Assembly (NCBI RefSeq): GCF_001194135.2
Contig: NC_068996.1
Coordinates: 18,252,654-18,316,653, forward strand
Reading direction: 5' to 3'
DNA: 64,000 nt
DNA from: Octopus bimaculoides
Taxonomy: Eukaryota
In this document: piece by piece, positions 47,030 to 59,759 of the stretch
Layout of the letters: each line of letters begins with the position of its first letter
Position numbering within the stretch: position 1 is the stretch's first letter
Program-made: the position numbers and the translations under genes
The notes under the pieces: model-generated
What the model saw: only the letters and a program-made list of their open reading frames with translations
The model's database searches: none
What the model was told of the DNA's origin: nothing

Positions 47030-48607
47030 TTTGTAGATGTAACTTTAAATCTTATAGAAAATATAAAATGTTGTTGAAAGATTCAAATCACTCACGCTGT
47101 CACTATTAATAGTTTGGTGTAAAATATTGATATACAGTTACCCGATACTTTATCCAATAGATCGCCTTTAAATAGATTAACTCCTTATAACAGTGAGACG
47201 TGAAAAACAGTGGATTAAAGACAAAATTTGTCAGATAACATCAGTTGTTAAACGCGTAAAAATAGAAATTGAAGTCATTACATTTCAAAAATAAATATAT
47301 AAAATTTTTCCTGGAAACCTTGCTAAATTTAACAACTGTCAGCATAATTTTCCAACAGAAATAACATACATCAATAGCAACATCCTCCAACATTTGCGTC
47401 TAATACTTCTTCACTCACATGACTGCCATAATTCCGTAAATTGTCTCTTAAACAATTGAAATCGATGACTTCTTCATGTACCAACCGGTTTCTGTCTTGT
47501 TCTGCATGCTTTCCCGCTTCTGCTCTTTTGTCCTATGTTCTGCTGTTTTCCTCACTTTCGTCTTTGTAGTCATCATCTTTGTATTTTCTCTCTTTCTCTG
47601 TGTCTCCTCTCTTTTTGTGCCTTTTAAACTCTTCCGTGTCCACTGCTTTTACTATCTCTCTCTCTCTCCTGTATCTTTACCATTCCATGTCTTCTCTCCT
47701 CTATAATCTTTAGAATGCTGATAAAAGTAAGTCGTTGCACATGGCGCTAACAAACACTGAAACCGTTTTTGATATGAGAAAAACCTTCAACTTATGTTGC
47801 CCACATACAATCTCCATCTAAGCCATATTTCATGAATCTGAAGTTCTCTGCCAGACAACACTATTTCAGTATATACTGACAAATCTCTCTTCCATTTATA
47901 TCTCCTTAATTCTCTACCCACAACATCATACTGTTTACGCTTTTTAACATAAATTATCAAAATACTATTACTTCTTATCCCCCTCTCTCCACACACTCTT
48001 CTGTCGATTAAGCTCCCCTACACTCTGCTTCAACTTTCGACACAAAATCTTCTTTCATGCATTCACACGTAGACGCAAGCACACAGCTGCGCTCTAGACA
48101 TACGCTACTGTTTCCATGAAGAGAAATCGTAGAAACATGCTATAACATGAACAATAATTTAAATCTCAAATAACAACTCAAACAAGATCTGTTCAGCTTG
48201 GCTCACAGATTTTTAAATTAATTTTTTAAAACTAGACAGTTTGAAACTTCGTATACTGGTGTAATTTCTCACGCAGAACTCGGTTTATTTTGAACATTTT
48301 TGACAAAATTTCGTATTTTAGAAGTTATTTCGTGTTAAAGTTGTCGTATTTGGTAATTTTAACCAATCAACGACGTGCATTCAGTTGAAGAAAGCTACTG
48401 CTGTTTGCAATAGTAATCGAAGAGGAACAACTTTTGGGTCATCTCTACTAAATGTTACCACTTTGTTCTATTCGTATGTTACCCTTTCTTCCTTTCTAGT
48501 CAGCACCGTGTATACCTTACTCTTTCCCTCTCTATTGGCAGACAGCCACTTCTACACTATCAACTACCAACCAGAGAGCGAACTTGTCACTGCCACTACA
48601 ATTATTG

Positions 48608-49330
48608 TATTTTCCGGTGTATAAGCCGTTGTTTTTTTTTCTGGAAAATTTAGTGTGCGACTTATAGAAAGGTGCACCNNNNNNNNNNATGTATGTATGT
48701 ATGTATGTATGTATGTATGTATGTATGTATGTATGTATGTATGTATGTATGTATGTATATATGCATGTATGTATGTATGTATGTATGTATATATGTATGT
48801 ATGTATGTACCCTATTTCCCGGTGTATAAGCCGCTATTTTTTTCCTGTGAAATTTAGTGTGCGACTTATAGAAAGGTGCACCTAATGTGTGTATTTTCTA
48901 TAAGTTTCAGGGGAAAATAATGTGTGTATGGAGATCGACTGATCCCACTGATGTTTTCAGTGGTGAACAATGTGAAAGTTTACAGTTACAGTACATTGGT
49001 ACCTGGAAGAAAACAAAGCATATTTGTTTTGTTTTACCTTCATATTTTGATAATGTTATTTTTAATCTAATAAAGACTTTTATATTGACGAAATGTGTTT
49101 GTTGTTGATTATAGTAAGATAAAATGACAACAATAACAATACAACTCATAGTTGTAAAATAAGGCATTTTGAAGCTACATACACGTCAACAACAAAAAAG
49201 TTAGTTGCAGACCCGTAGCTCTATAGGTCTTTTAAACACCGGTGCGCTTTATGTGTGAATAAAACCAAAATTCTCCCCCAAATTCGGCTCTGCGGCTTAA
49301 ATACCGATGTCGGGCTAACGAATAAATATA
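48608..49330. mobile_element. Tc1/mariner/pogo-type non-autonomous element; left end duplicated around a (TATG)n/N gap
   Basis: GTATTTTCCGGTGTATAAGCCG..GTGCGACTTATA at 48608-48678 and again at 48812-48882. Degenerate right end (ggtgcgctttat..gcggcttaaataccg) at ~49240-49330. Confidence 0.55.
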
Positions 49331-50689
49331 TGTAAATAATATTTCTTCCTTCTTAGTGTTGATGCCTCATTTGACTGCGGCCATGCCGGAGCACCGCCTG
49401 AAAGGGTTTTTAGTCGAATAAATCGACCTCAGGACTTATTCTTTGTAAGCTTAGTAATTATTCTATCGGACCCCTTTTGCCGAATCGCTAAGATACGAAG
49501 AAGTAAACACATCAACATTGGTTGTCAAGTGATGGGTGGTGGGTAAACAAACAAACAAACACACACACACACACACAACGGGCTTCTTTCAGTTTCTGTC
49601 TACCAAATNNNNNNNNNNTATACACATACATGCACAAATACACACGTCATATTTCCTATACCTCAACAGTGGATGACACAAGGTAACCCAAGCAGTGAAC
49701 GTGCTTTACTCAACATACAAATTGACATATACCTCTTAGTCCAAAACTTGCATACACATACATCACACATGTGTGTGTGTGCGTGCGAGCGCGCACATGT
49801 GTGTATATTAACGTGCAAACATATATTCAAATTCAAAGGAATATAGCCGTAAACTATTTATACACTGTTTATAAGTATAACCAGGTTCCCAAGTCCTTTG
49901 ATTTTATTTATTTATCTCTGTTATTCGTTTATATCTATGTATGCTGCTTTGCACGAAACAAAGACTGATATAGTTTCCGTTTTTCGTGACATTACCATAG
50001 ACACAAGATCATCTTGCATTGTTTAGAGTCTTGTCATTGTTCAGATAATATATACGGATTATATATTACATTAGTCATGTGTAACAATTAGCTGTATAAA
50101 GTGGAAATGGCCAAAAATGGATTCTCTAACCTCTTAATTCTATTCATATCGATCTTATTTACTAGCCTGCCTCTTGAATGACGCATCCTTCAATGCACGA
50201 TTATCTTTTTACCTTTTCCTGAGGCGTGATCAAGGCTGACACCGTATATTAAATTGCGTAACTAGAGTTAAAATCAAGAACACTTTTCGTAAAAAAAATA
50301 AGTTTCCCAAGATTCTTGTGTATGCGAATAGCTACAGAGACCTACCAGCATGTACTTTAATCGAAATAATCGGAACGGAGATTTAAAAAATAGGTACCTT
50401 TTTGACAAGTCGTCTGACGACACACATCTGCACCGAATGATGCACCACAACTGTTTGTACTACGTCTCGTCCACATGGCATCGATGCACGATGGGTCGAA
50501 ACGATCGTAGTGATTAATAGTGTCTCGTGAATTCCATTTTCTTACTCTTTCTCCGATATCTTTTCATGTATGTACATATATATGCATATGTGTATGTGCG
50601 TTTGTGTTTGTGTATATGTGAGTGCGTACAGCAATGGGATCCAACATAGAGCCATGTCGTCGTGAAGCGAATATTTTACCTGCACAAAT

Positions 50690-50721
<32 letters not shown>

Positions 50722-50731
50722 ACACACATAC

Positions 50732-50762
<31 letters not shown>

Positions 50763-50913
50763 ATATGCAGTATGAGTATACATGTATTTGTATGAATTTT
50801 GTACCTTTTACTTGTTGGATCGCAGCCATGCTGGGGCACCGACTTAATAAACTGTGTTAATATTTATGTGTCTATGTAGACAGACAAACAAACAGACTGA
50901 CTGACTGACTGAC

Positions 50914-50976
<63 letters not shown>

Positions 50977-51289
50977 AGTGTGGCTGTGTGGTAAGAAGTT
51001 TGTAGACAGAAGCTGAAAGAATTCCATCGTATATATAAATATGGGATCTTTATGTTCTTGTTGGTTTGTTCATTCCTCTGTAACTTAGCGGTTCAGCAAA
51101 AGACACCGATAGAATAAGTACCAGGCTTCAAAAAAAATAATAAATAAATAATAATAATAATAATAAATACTGGGGTGTTCTGTTTGGTTAAAATTCTCTA
51201 AGCTCTCAATCTAATGTTTGAAACAAGTAAAAGATAAAAGTATATATTTACATAAAGTTACTCGCATATACCTATATGTTTCTACGTGT

Positions 51290-51800
51290 ATGTGTTTATG
51301 TATGTAGCTATGTTTGTTCTTTGAATTCCCAGCTCCATAAACGGACTTCTTCACTCCAATACTACAAAGGGTCTTGGTGCGGTTGGCTTCTCGTCTCAAC
51401 TTGAGCCAGCAGGTTTCGAGTGCGGAGACGGTAAGCACCCGACGAGATAAGCTTCTCATTCGAGGAAGGGAGGTCTCAAGTCAGGGATGCGACGTACAGT
51501 GACATGTTCTCCAGTTCAAACCTTGCAGCATTGGCTGCAAACCCTGATGTCGCCGCTCGTAACACAGACGTTTGAAAAGTCAATAAACACAGATAGCTGG
51601 CAGGTATCAGTTTGTGCCGATCGGTGTTGAGACGTCAGGTGTTCTAGGACCCGGTACTACCGATTTCCGCCTCAAAATAGGGATAAAGGCGGCCCATTGG
51701 AGAAATGAGCTCCGCGAGGTGGAGTGACTGCTGCAGCGATTGTTGCTGACCATTCTCTGAGGCAACGGCACTGCATGCATTACCGCGGGGCGCGGCTCAG
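51290..51800 (+). mobile_element. CRE-like (RLE) non-LTR retrotransposon 3' fragment
   Basis: GDGKHP..GRSQVRDATYSDMF..AA..YQFVPIGVETSGVLGPGT..LLQRLLLTIL*GN. Confidence 0.75.
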
Positions 51801-52032
51801 CACCCCACTTGTTCTCGTATATATAACCCACCGCCCTCTCCCTCTCCATCTTCCGTTGCTGTATCTCCTATATATTTTTTCTTTCTTTTTTCCTTCTTTT
51901 TTTAACTCATATCTCTTCTTTCCTGTTTCCGTATCTGTGTGAATCTTTCAAATATAACACTTGAAGGATTGCACATAACTACCGCTGATAGTACTCCCCT
52001 CTGTTCATTATTAACCCTTCTATTACGCTCTT

Positions 52033-52105
<73 letters not shown>

Positions 52106-52317
52106 NNNNNNNNNNNNNNNNNNNNNNNNNNNNNNNNNNNNNNNNNNNNNNNNNNNNNNNNNNNNNNNNNNNNNNNNNNNNNNNNNNNNNNNNNNNNNNN
52201 NNNNNNNNNNNNNNNNNNNNNNNNNNNNNNNNNNNNNNNNNNNNNNNNNNNNNNNNNNNNNNNNNNNNNNNNNNNNNNNNNNNNNNNNNNNNNNNNNNNN
52301 NNNNNNNNNNNNNNNNN

Positions 52318-52374
<57 letters not shown>

Positions 52375-53514
52375 CACACACTGTTCTTTTTCTCACTCAG
52401 TCTCTCTCCCTGTTTCTCTCTCTTTCTCTCTCTCTTTCTCCCTCTTCCTGCATTACAGGTCAATAAAACAACAAGTACGATGAGTCGTCCACCAAAATGT
52501 GATATTTCGGCTTATGTGTACAGGCTGGAGGTCACACGTGACTCACCTAGACATACTGGGCTGAACTGGTTGCCAGTGAACCGGATGTAACACCGCTCCC
52601 TTCTTTACTTTAAACCGGATATATGACAACGTAGATGCGTTCTCCGTTATTTTTTAGGGGGAGGTGAGGGCTTACCTTTTCACCCTTTCCTACTTTTTTT
52701 GTATTTTTCTCCACAAACAAATATACAGAATGTGAGGTCTTCAGTGAACTGATGTAGTCACCACGTATACTGATACCGGAAGAAAATTCCAAATGCATAT
52801 GTCTAAAGTGAAACTGGATTGTGAGACATTTAATGTTTTCTGTATCATGTTTTATATTTTTATTTTCATTTATTGTTGATTTGTTTGTGCTCGAAAATAT
52901 CTTTTATACACATTTTACTCTTTATTTGTTTTAAGTTATCATCATTATTATTATTATCATTAGGAAGGCAGATCTTTTTCTGCGTAGTGGCTGTGGTAAA
53001 AACGGCTGTGTGGTGGACCCGTTTGAAAGGTTTTAAGACAGACACTTTCTTATCAGGTCAAGCTCTCACAATTTCTTTAAGTATCCTTTGAAGAGTAATG
53101 TGAGGGTAGATAAGGCGGTACTGCCTTCTAGTGTGCTTATCAAAAGGTGGACAAGAGTGGCAAGACTGATGAGACTGAATGGATCGACTCTGAGTATGCT
53201 ATTCTAAGCAGGAAGAAAGAATGGAAGGTGACATTTCCCATGCTTTGGTGACGGCAAAGTAATTCGGGACTTTTGAGTGGGGTTTATCCCGAATTACCCT
53301 AAGTGGACTGCCCCACTATTGGGAATTTTATTTATTTATTTATTTCTCATACTTCTATTTATATGTCCTTTGTCATATCCTTTAATACTGTTGCGTCTCC
53401 TTTAGATCGATGTAAATCCCATTTATTTTTGAGTATTGCATCTCGTCCTGATATTGTCGTCCATTTTTTGGCCCTTCTGGCCAATAAAAGAAATCATTAT
53501 TATTATTATTGTTG

Positions 53515-53944
53515 TTGTTGAGTTGGCTCAATTTCGGTCTTATTCTTGATAGAATATATGTGGATAGTGGGTTAGTACCTATAAACTTAGTCTTGCAAGT
53601 GCTTAAAAGCCCTCCTGATAATCTTTCCTGTCCCCAAGGGACAAACTTCCAGCGGAAGCTCTACAGGACATTCGGTTCGAATCTCCATCTGAAAATTATT
53701 CGTCTGTTTCTTTACTCAGAGTTTTCAATACACCAATTATTGCAGGCATAACCATTACAGTTTTCATAATTCTTGCAATATCAAATTTTAAGGGATTGTG
53801 TTTTTTTAATTTTTTTAACCTCTTTCTTTATAATCCAGGAGTGAAACGGGCCTGATGGATCAATTAGCAAGCAACTTCGTTTTTCTTTATGTATTATTGT
53901 TACTATTTTGTAACTTCTTATCTGGTTTGAAAAGGAAAAAATCG

Positions 53945-53945
<1 letters not shown>
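53515..53945 (-). mobile_element. R4/Dong-type LINE 3' fragment (RLE)
   Basis: IIHKEKRSCLLIDPSGPF..IIKKE, then LKFDIARIM..MPAIIGVL and LGTGKIIRR. (ATT)n on both sides. Confidence 0.7.
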
Positions 53946-54215
<270 letters not shown>

Positions 54216-54620
54216 ATTTCCTTTTATTATAATTTTATTTCAGTTGCCTTAGTGCGCGGTATCCTGCGGAGGCCAAGAGTAGCAAGGGCACTTTTGCTTT
54301 GCTAGTTGATCCTGAGCTGGAATATCCCTATTTTGATTTGCTACAGGTTCTTGAAAAGGTTGGTCCTGATTTAAAGACTTTTCAAGCTCAGTGTCAGAAC
54401 CTAAGGTCACTGATGAACGCGTTCTTCGAACGATACGGGTTCTAGGGATTATTTCCATGGTTGGAAATTACCCTAATTGGGTTCCACCGAGGTCGACTTT
54501 GCCTTTCATAGTTTCGGGGTCAATAAATTAAGTACCAGTTGTGTACTGGAGTCGATCTAATCGACTGGCCCCCTCCCCAAAAATGTCGGGCCTTGTGCCT
54601 AGAGTAGAAAAGATTATTAA

Positions 54621-54666
<46 letters not shown>

Positions 54667-54667
54667 G

Positions 54668-55249
54668 AGTGAGAGAGCAGTGCATGCCATCAAAGTGACA
54701 TTGGGGTACAAATATACGAAGCCCACTATACCCATCATGACTACCCGTCTGATAAGGTACACCATGCACATGCATCACAACCATATGTGCACAACATGGT
54801 GATCTCATATCAAGATAAACCTCGCATGACCTCGCTATGTTGTCGTAGCGTCTCTTATATTCCTTCTGGGTTAGTGGCGTACATTGGCTGGTAATATGCC
54901 ATACGGTTTTACCGTTTGTTTGTGTCCACATATTCTGCATTTATCACTTTCTGCTGTGTTGTCTATTCTGTATTGTATGTAGTTTGTTCTTAGTGCTTGC
55001 TCTTAGGCAGCACAAATTAGAGCCTCCGTTTCCAGTTTTAAATTACTTTTAGTCATCCACAGCCATCTTTTTTCTGTCTTATCTTCAACATCCCTATGAA
55101 ATTGGCCATGCATACTTTTCTTTACCCACCTGTTTTCAGTTTCATTCGTTTTCAAATTCTTGTACAGTGCTTTATCTTTGCAATCTTTTATTCTACAAAA
55201 GCCTGACCTTCTTCTAATAATAGCGGTTCTGTGGCAGTTTTTACATACC
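54668..55249 (-). mobile_element. R4/Dong-type LINE 3' fragment (RLE deleted) with its 3' UTR
   Basis: WVKKSMHGQF..WLWMTKSNLKLETEALICAA..DKCRIC..TVWHITSQC..LTQKEYKRRYDNIAR. Bounded by (ATT)n at 54613-54667 and 55250-55273. Confidence 0.85.
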
Positions 55250-55969
55250 ATTATTATTATTATTATTATTATTCAGTAGTTTTATTTTTATAACNNNNNN
55301 NNNNNNNNNNNNNNNNNNNNNNNNNNNNNNNNNNNNNNNNNNNNNNNNNNNNNNNNNNNNNNNNNNNNNNNNNNNNNNNNNNNNNNNNNNNNNNTTCACA
55401 TATAAAAATTGAAGGACGCTTTGTGAAGTATTGCTAAGACTTTTTTTCTCATATGTGACCATCCTTCATGTTACAAATAAGCCCCAGTTTTCAAGTTTGC
55501 GTTTCTTATACGAAATTTGAAAGACAATGTAAAAAGCATTTGTAACAAAATATTATCCAATATTAACATGGTCTCACACCATGTTAAAAACAAGCGTCAT
55601 ATGTCTTCAAATTTGAGTTATTTTTATACATAAATTGAAGAACATTTTAAGAAGCATTTATAACTATCTTCATGTGACCATTCGTCAAACTAGAAATAAG
55701 AGCTAACTTTTCTCGTATTCGCATTGTTTTTCATATAAAATGGTAAGTCAGTTTGAAAGGTGTTTATAACTGTCCTCATGTGTGGTCACTCTTCTTGCTA
55801 GAAATAAAAGACAAGTGTTAGTAAGTTTGCAGTGATTTTCAATAAAAATATTAAAGGGCATTTATAAAGCATTGATAGGAACTTTTCCGATATGTGACCC
55901 TTCTTCACGCTATATAAAACAGCCAAGTTCCCTGGAATTTACGTTGTCTTTCATATATTGCTTCCCTGG

Positions 55970-56410
55970 GTATGAACACATTAAAGCTCCGACGTTTGGC
56001 TACTGATTTGGTAAACACTCACAAGATTATCCACCTTCTTTTCAACAACAACTTTAGCACCTTTTTGAATTCTATATGTCTTAAAAACTGTGGACATGCT
56101 TACAAAATTAAAAAAAAAAATATGAAGAAAAAAAACACAAAACCCATGACTTTCGGAAACATTTTTTCACAGTCAGAATTGCCGAAGAATGGAATAAACT
56201 ACCCACATTAGTTGTTAGCTGTTGGGACACTACATCTTTCAAAACCTTCATGCTTCCTGAAATTCGCCTACAGTACATCTGATGCTTTCTACCCTCGTTC
56301 ATTTTATGACTTATTCACTGTTCACTTTCTGCGCATATTCTATGTACCGTTCATGCAGTTTTGGTTACTTTTTCTGATGAGTTGTAGTGCACCTGAGCAC
56401 TGGATACAAT
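55970..56410 (+). mobile_element. CR1-type LINE 3' end fragment
   Basis: LKLRRLATDLVNTHKII..; strongly similar to 62270-62665. Confidence 0.8.
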
Positions 56411-56434
56411 AAATTTATTATTGTTATTGTTATT

Positions 56435-57445
56435 TACTTTTAATCTGCACGTTTGTTACAAACACTTGGCGGGACGCACCCAGCGTCCTAAGGCGAGTGA
56501 AGGATAAGAGATGTTACAGTATGACCGAAAACTTGGGGAGGGGAAGTAGCAGGGGCAGTAACGAAATATCTTCATGTAATACAACACAGACATTTAAATT
56601 GATAGGGTTTTTCTTAGGATGTGGGCAGTACTTGTCAACACAATCTTTTGGATTTCTCTAAGACATGGTTCTCCTGGAATGTTGTTTAGATGTTTTCGAC
56701 ATCCCTCCGCTTTTTTTTTCTATCATACCTACAATAACAGGAACAGTTCTTGCTTTAAGATGCCACATATTTTGTATTTCAATTTCCAGGTCCCTATATT
56801 TACTTAATTTGTCAAATTCCTTGACAGATATATTTTTATCAGTGGGAACACTTACATCTTTTAGTCTACAAGTCTTTCCTTCTCTGTCTTTAATAATTAT
56901 GCTAAGTCGATTATCCTGGATCTTTCTGTCGGTGTTGACTGGGAAATCCCAGAGGATAGTGACATTTTTACCTTCAACTGGCTCAGGATGATGTTCATAT
57001 CAGTAAACAGGAGTGTCGAATTTGTAGTGTTTACATATTTTCCAATGTAAATACTGTCCTACCCTATCGGGGCATTTTGTATTCGTTTAGTGTTAGCACA
57101 GGACACAAGAAACGAGATGGTCTATTATTTCGTCAATTGTGTCGCAGAATCTGCATTTAGGATCAGAACTATTTTGAAGAACGTTAGTCTGGTAGTTTTT
57201 GTTAAGCAAGCTTTGATCTTGTGCTGCCAATAAGAAACATTCAGTCTCTGCATTCAGTCTTGATCTTCTCAGCCATTGATGGGTTGTTGCTTGGTCTACA
57301 TCAGCATTTCGACTTCGAAGAATATACTGTCGATTCAGGGGCTTCTAGCTCCAACGCTCCTCAATTTATTTCTGCCCGTTCTTTTTTGCAATCAGCTTGA
57401 TCCGTTTTGTTTGTTTGGTGGCAGTGGTTTCAGGTTCTTCATCTA
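56435..57445 (-). mobile_element. R4/Dong-type LINE 3' end (CCHC + RLE + 3' UTR)
   Basis: AETECFLLAAQDQSL..DPKCRFC..IDHLVS, VEGKNVTILWDFPVNTDRKIQDNR..DVSVPTDKNI..KYRDLEIEI..VPVIVG..AHILRKTLSI. (ATT)n flanks. Confidence 0.9.
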
Positions 57446-57523
57446 ATTACTATTATTATTATTATTAGTCGACTTTGCCTTTCATCCTTTCGCGGTCGAT
57501 AAATTAAGAAATATTAACGATAA

Positions 57524-57915
57524 GAGTGGCTGTGTGGTAAGTAGCTTGCTTACGAACCACATGGTTCCGGGTTCAGTCCCACTGCGTGGCACCTTGGGCA
57601 AGTGTCTTCTACTATAGCCTCGGGCCAACCAAAGCCTTGTGAGTGGATTTGGTAGACGGAAACTGAATATATGTGTGTGTGTGTATGTGTTTGTGTGTCT
57701 GTATTTGTCCTCCCAACATCGCTTGACAACCGATGGAGGTGTGTTTACGTCCCCGTAACTTAGCGGTTCGGCAAAAGCTAAACCGATAGAATAAGTACTA
57801 GGCTTACAAAGAATAAGTCCTGGGATCGATTTGCTCGACTAAAGGCGGTGCTCCAGCATGGCCACAGTCAAATGACTGAAACAAGTAAAAGAGTAAAAGA
57901 GTAAAGAGTAAAGAG
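57524..57915 (+). mobile_element. tRNA-derived SINE family 2
   Basis: GAGTGGCTGTGTGGTAAGTAGCTTGC..GGTTCAGTCCC..GCACCTTGGGCAAGTG head and (GAGTAAAA)n tail. Confidence 0.9.
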
Positions 57916-58709
57916 ATATTTCCTGATATATATTTTCCCAAAGTCCATTATATTCTCATAGTTACTTCCCTTGGTCCAGTTTTTTTTAATGCAGGAAATG
58001 TTAGCACGAAATAACTACCGAATGCACATAAATTTGGGTGTTTTTTTAAATATAAAATTGAAGAAAACTTCTAAGAACAATTATAAGAATTTCTCCTATA
58101 AGTTAAAATTCTCCATGCAAGAAACAACAGTGAAATGCGCTCAAATTTGCGTTAATTTCATGAAGTGTTTATAATTTTTTTTCTCGTATATGCTCATTCT
58201 CCATGCTTGAAACAATAACTAAGTATCCTAAAATATGGATTGTTTTTCATATAAGCATTGAAGGACACTTTGCGAAGTATTTATAAAATATATTGTCCAA
58301 TATGGTCTTGCATCATGCTAGATACAAAAAAAACCTAGAGTCCTCAAATTTGTCTTTCGTAAGAACATTGAGAGACACTAAAAACATTTAAAGGAATTTT
58401 CTCCGTATATGATTACTATTCATGGTAGAAATCAGAGCCAAGTACCCTCAAAGTGACATTGTTGACTATATAAAAATCAAAAACATTCTGAGTAGCTTTT
58501 GTAAGAAAATTTTCCATAAGTGACCATTCTTCAGACTAAGAAATAAGCGGCAAGTGTCCTCAAATTTGCGTCTTTCATATAAAAATTGAAAAACAATTTT
58601 AAAAGCATTTATTAAAAAAAAGTATCGTATAGGTGGTTCCACATCATGCTACAAATAAGAGTTAAGTGTCCTCAAATTTGCATTGTTCATATATAAAAAT
58701 TCAAGGACT

Positions 58710-59121
58710 GGCGCAGAAGTGGCTCTGTGGTAAGTAGCTTGCTTACCAACCACATGGTTCCGGGTTCAGTCCCACTGCGTGGCTCCTTGGGCAAGTGTCT
58801 TCTCCTATAGCCTCGAGCCGACCAAAGCCTTGTGAGTGGATTTGGTAGACGGAAACTGAAAGAAGCCCGTCGTATATATGTATATATATATATATGTATG
58901 TGTGTGTATATGTTTGTGTGTCTATGTTTGTTTCCCTAACATCGCTTGACAACCGATGCTGGTGTGTTTACGTCCCCGTAACTTAGCGGTTCGCCAAAAG
59001 AGACCGATAGAATAAGTACTAGGCTTACAAAGAATAAGTCCTGGGGTCGATTTGCTCGACTAAAGGCGGTGCTCCAGCATGGCCGAAGTCAAATGACTGA
59101 AACAGGTAAAAGAGTAAAAGA
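58710..59121 (+). mobile_element. tRNA-derived SINE family 2, full length, inserted in the satellite
   Basis: GGCGCAGAAGTGGCT.. head, internal (TA)(TG) microsatellite, GAGTAAAAG tail. Partial copies also at ~11750-12060, 14850-14950, 15410-15500, 37485-37640, 38405-38705, 49340-49610 and 50985-51170. Confidence 0.92.
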
Positions 59122-59759
59122 CATTTTACGAAGCATTTATAACAACTTTTCTTATATGTAGCTTCATGCTAGAAATAAGAGCTACTGCTCTATTCGCATT
59201 GTTTTTCATAGAAATATTGAAGGACACTTTACAAAGCATTGATAAGAACTTTTCTCATATGTAGTCAGTTTTCACGTTTGAAACAGCAGCCAAATGACTT
59301 GGTTTTTGCAGTGTTTTTCATATAAAAATTGAAGGACAATACAAAACGTTTATGAAAAATATTTTCCTACAGTGATCTCAAAGTCATGCTAGAAATAACA
59401 GCCAAGTCCCTCAAATTTGCGTTGTATTTTACATTAAAATTGAAGAAAACGTTACAAAACATTTATATAAAAAATATATATTTTCCTACCGGTGGTCTCT
59501 AATCATGCTAGAAATAATAGTGGGCTGCCATCAGTTTGGCGTTATTTTTTGTGGTCTTATAACGTGCAAGGAAAGAGAGCCAAGCGCCCTGGAATTTTCT
59601 TTGGTTCTTCAATGTGCCATTAACTTTCCAACAATCCCAGGTCAAAAAAAGGATACCGTAATCCTATGATGGATGGCTTCTGGGAAATGGTCCAACCAAA
59701 TTGGTCCTTTCAGTGCCTAGCCTGTCTGTCTGTCTCCCCCTACCACTACCGTTGAACAA

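Noticed and set aside
48608-48882. Direct repeat of a transposon end around a (TATG)n tract
   Set aside because: The copies are separated by an N gap and differ slightly, which fits two haplotypes assembled in tandem.
49996-50091. Additional AG/GT-bounded 96-nt minus-strand segment within the putative small gene
   Set aside because: It has stops in all three frames, so it was left out of the coding model. It could only be non-coding.
50476-50512. TCGAAACGATCGTA half-hammerhead (palindromic helix III)
   Set aside because: There is no properly placed CUGANGA box or helix II. The nearby CTGACGA at ~50416 lacks the closing pair. At best a badly decayed relic.
53160-53200. CTGATGAG followed by a weak stem and ACTCTGAGT
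   Set aside because: GAAA is absent, and two deletions would be needed to restore the core and helix I.
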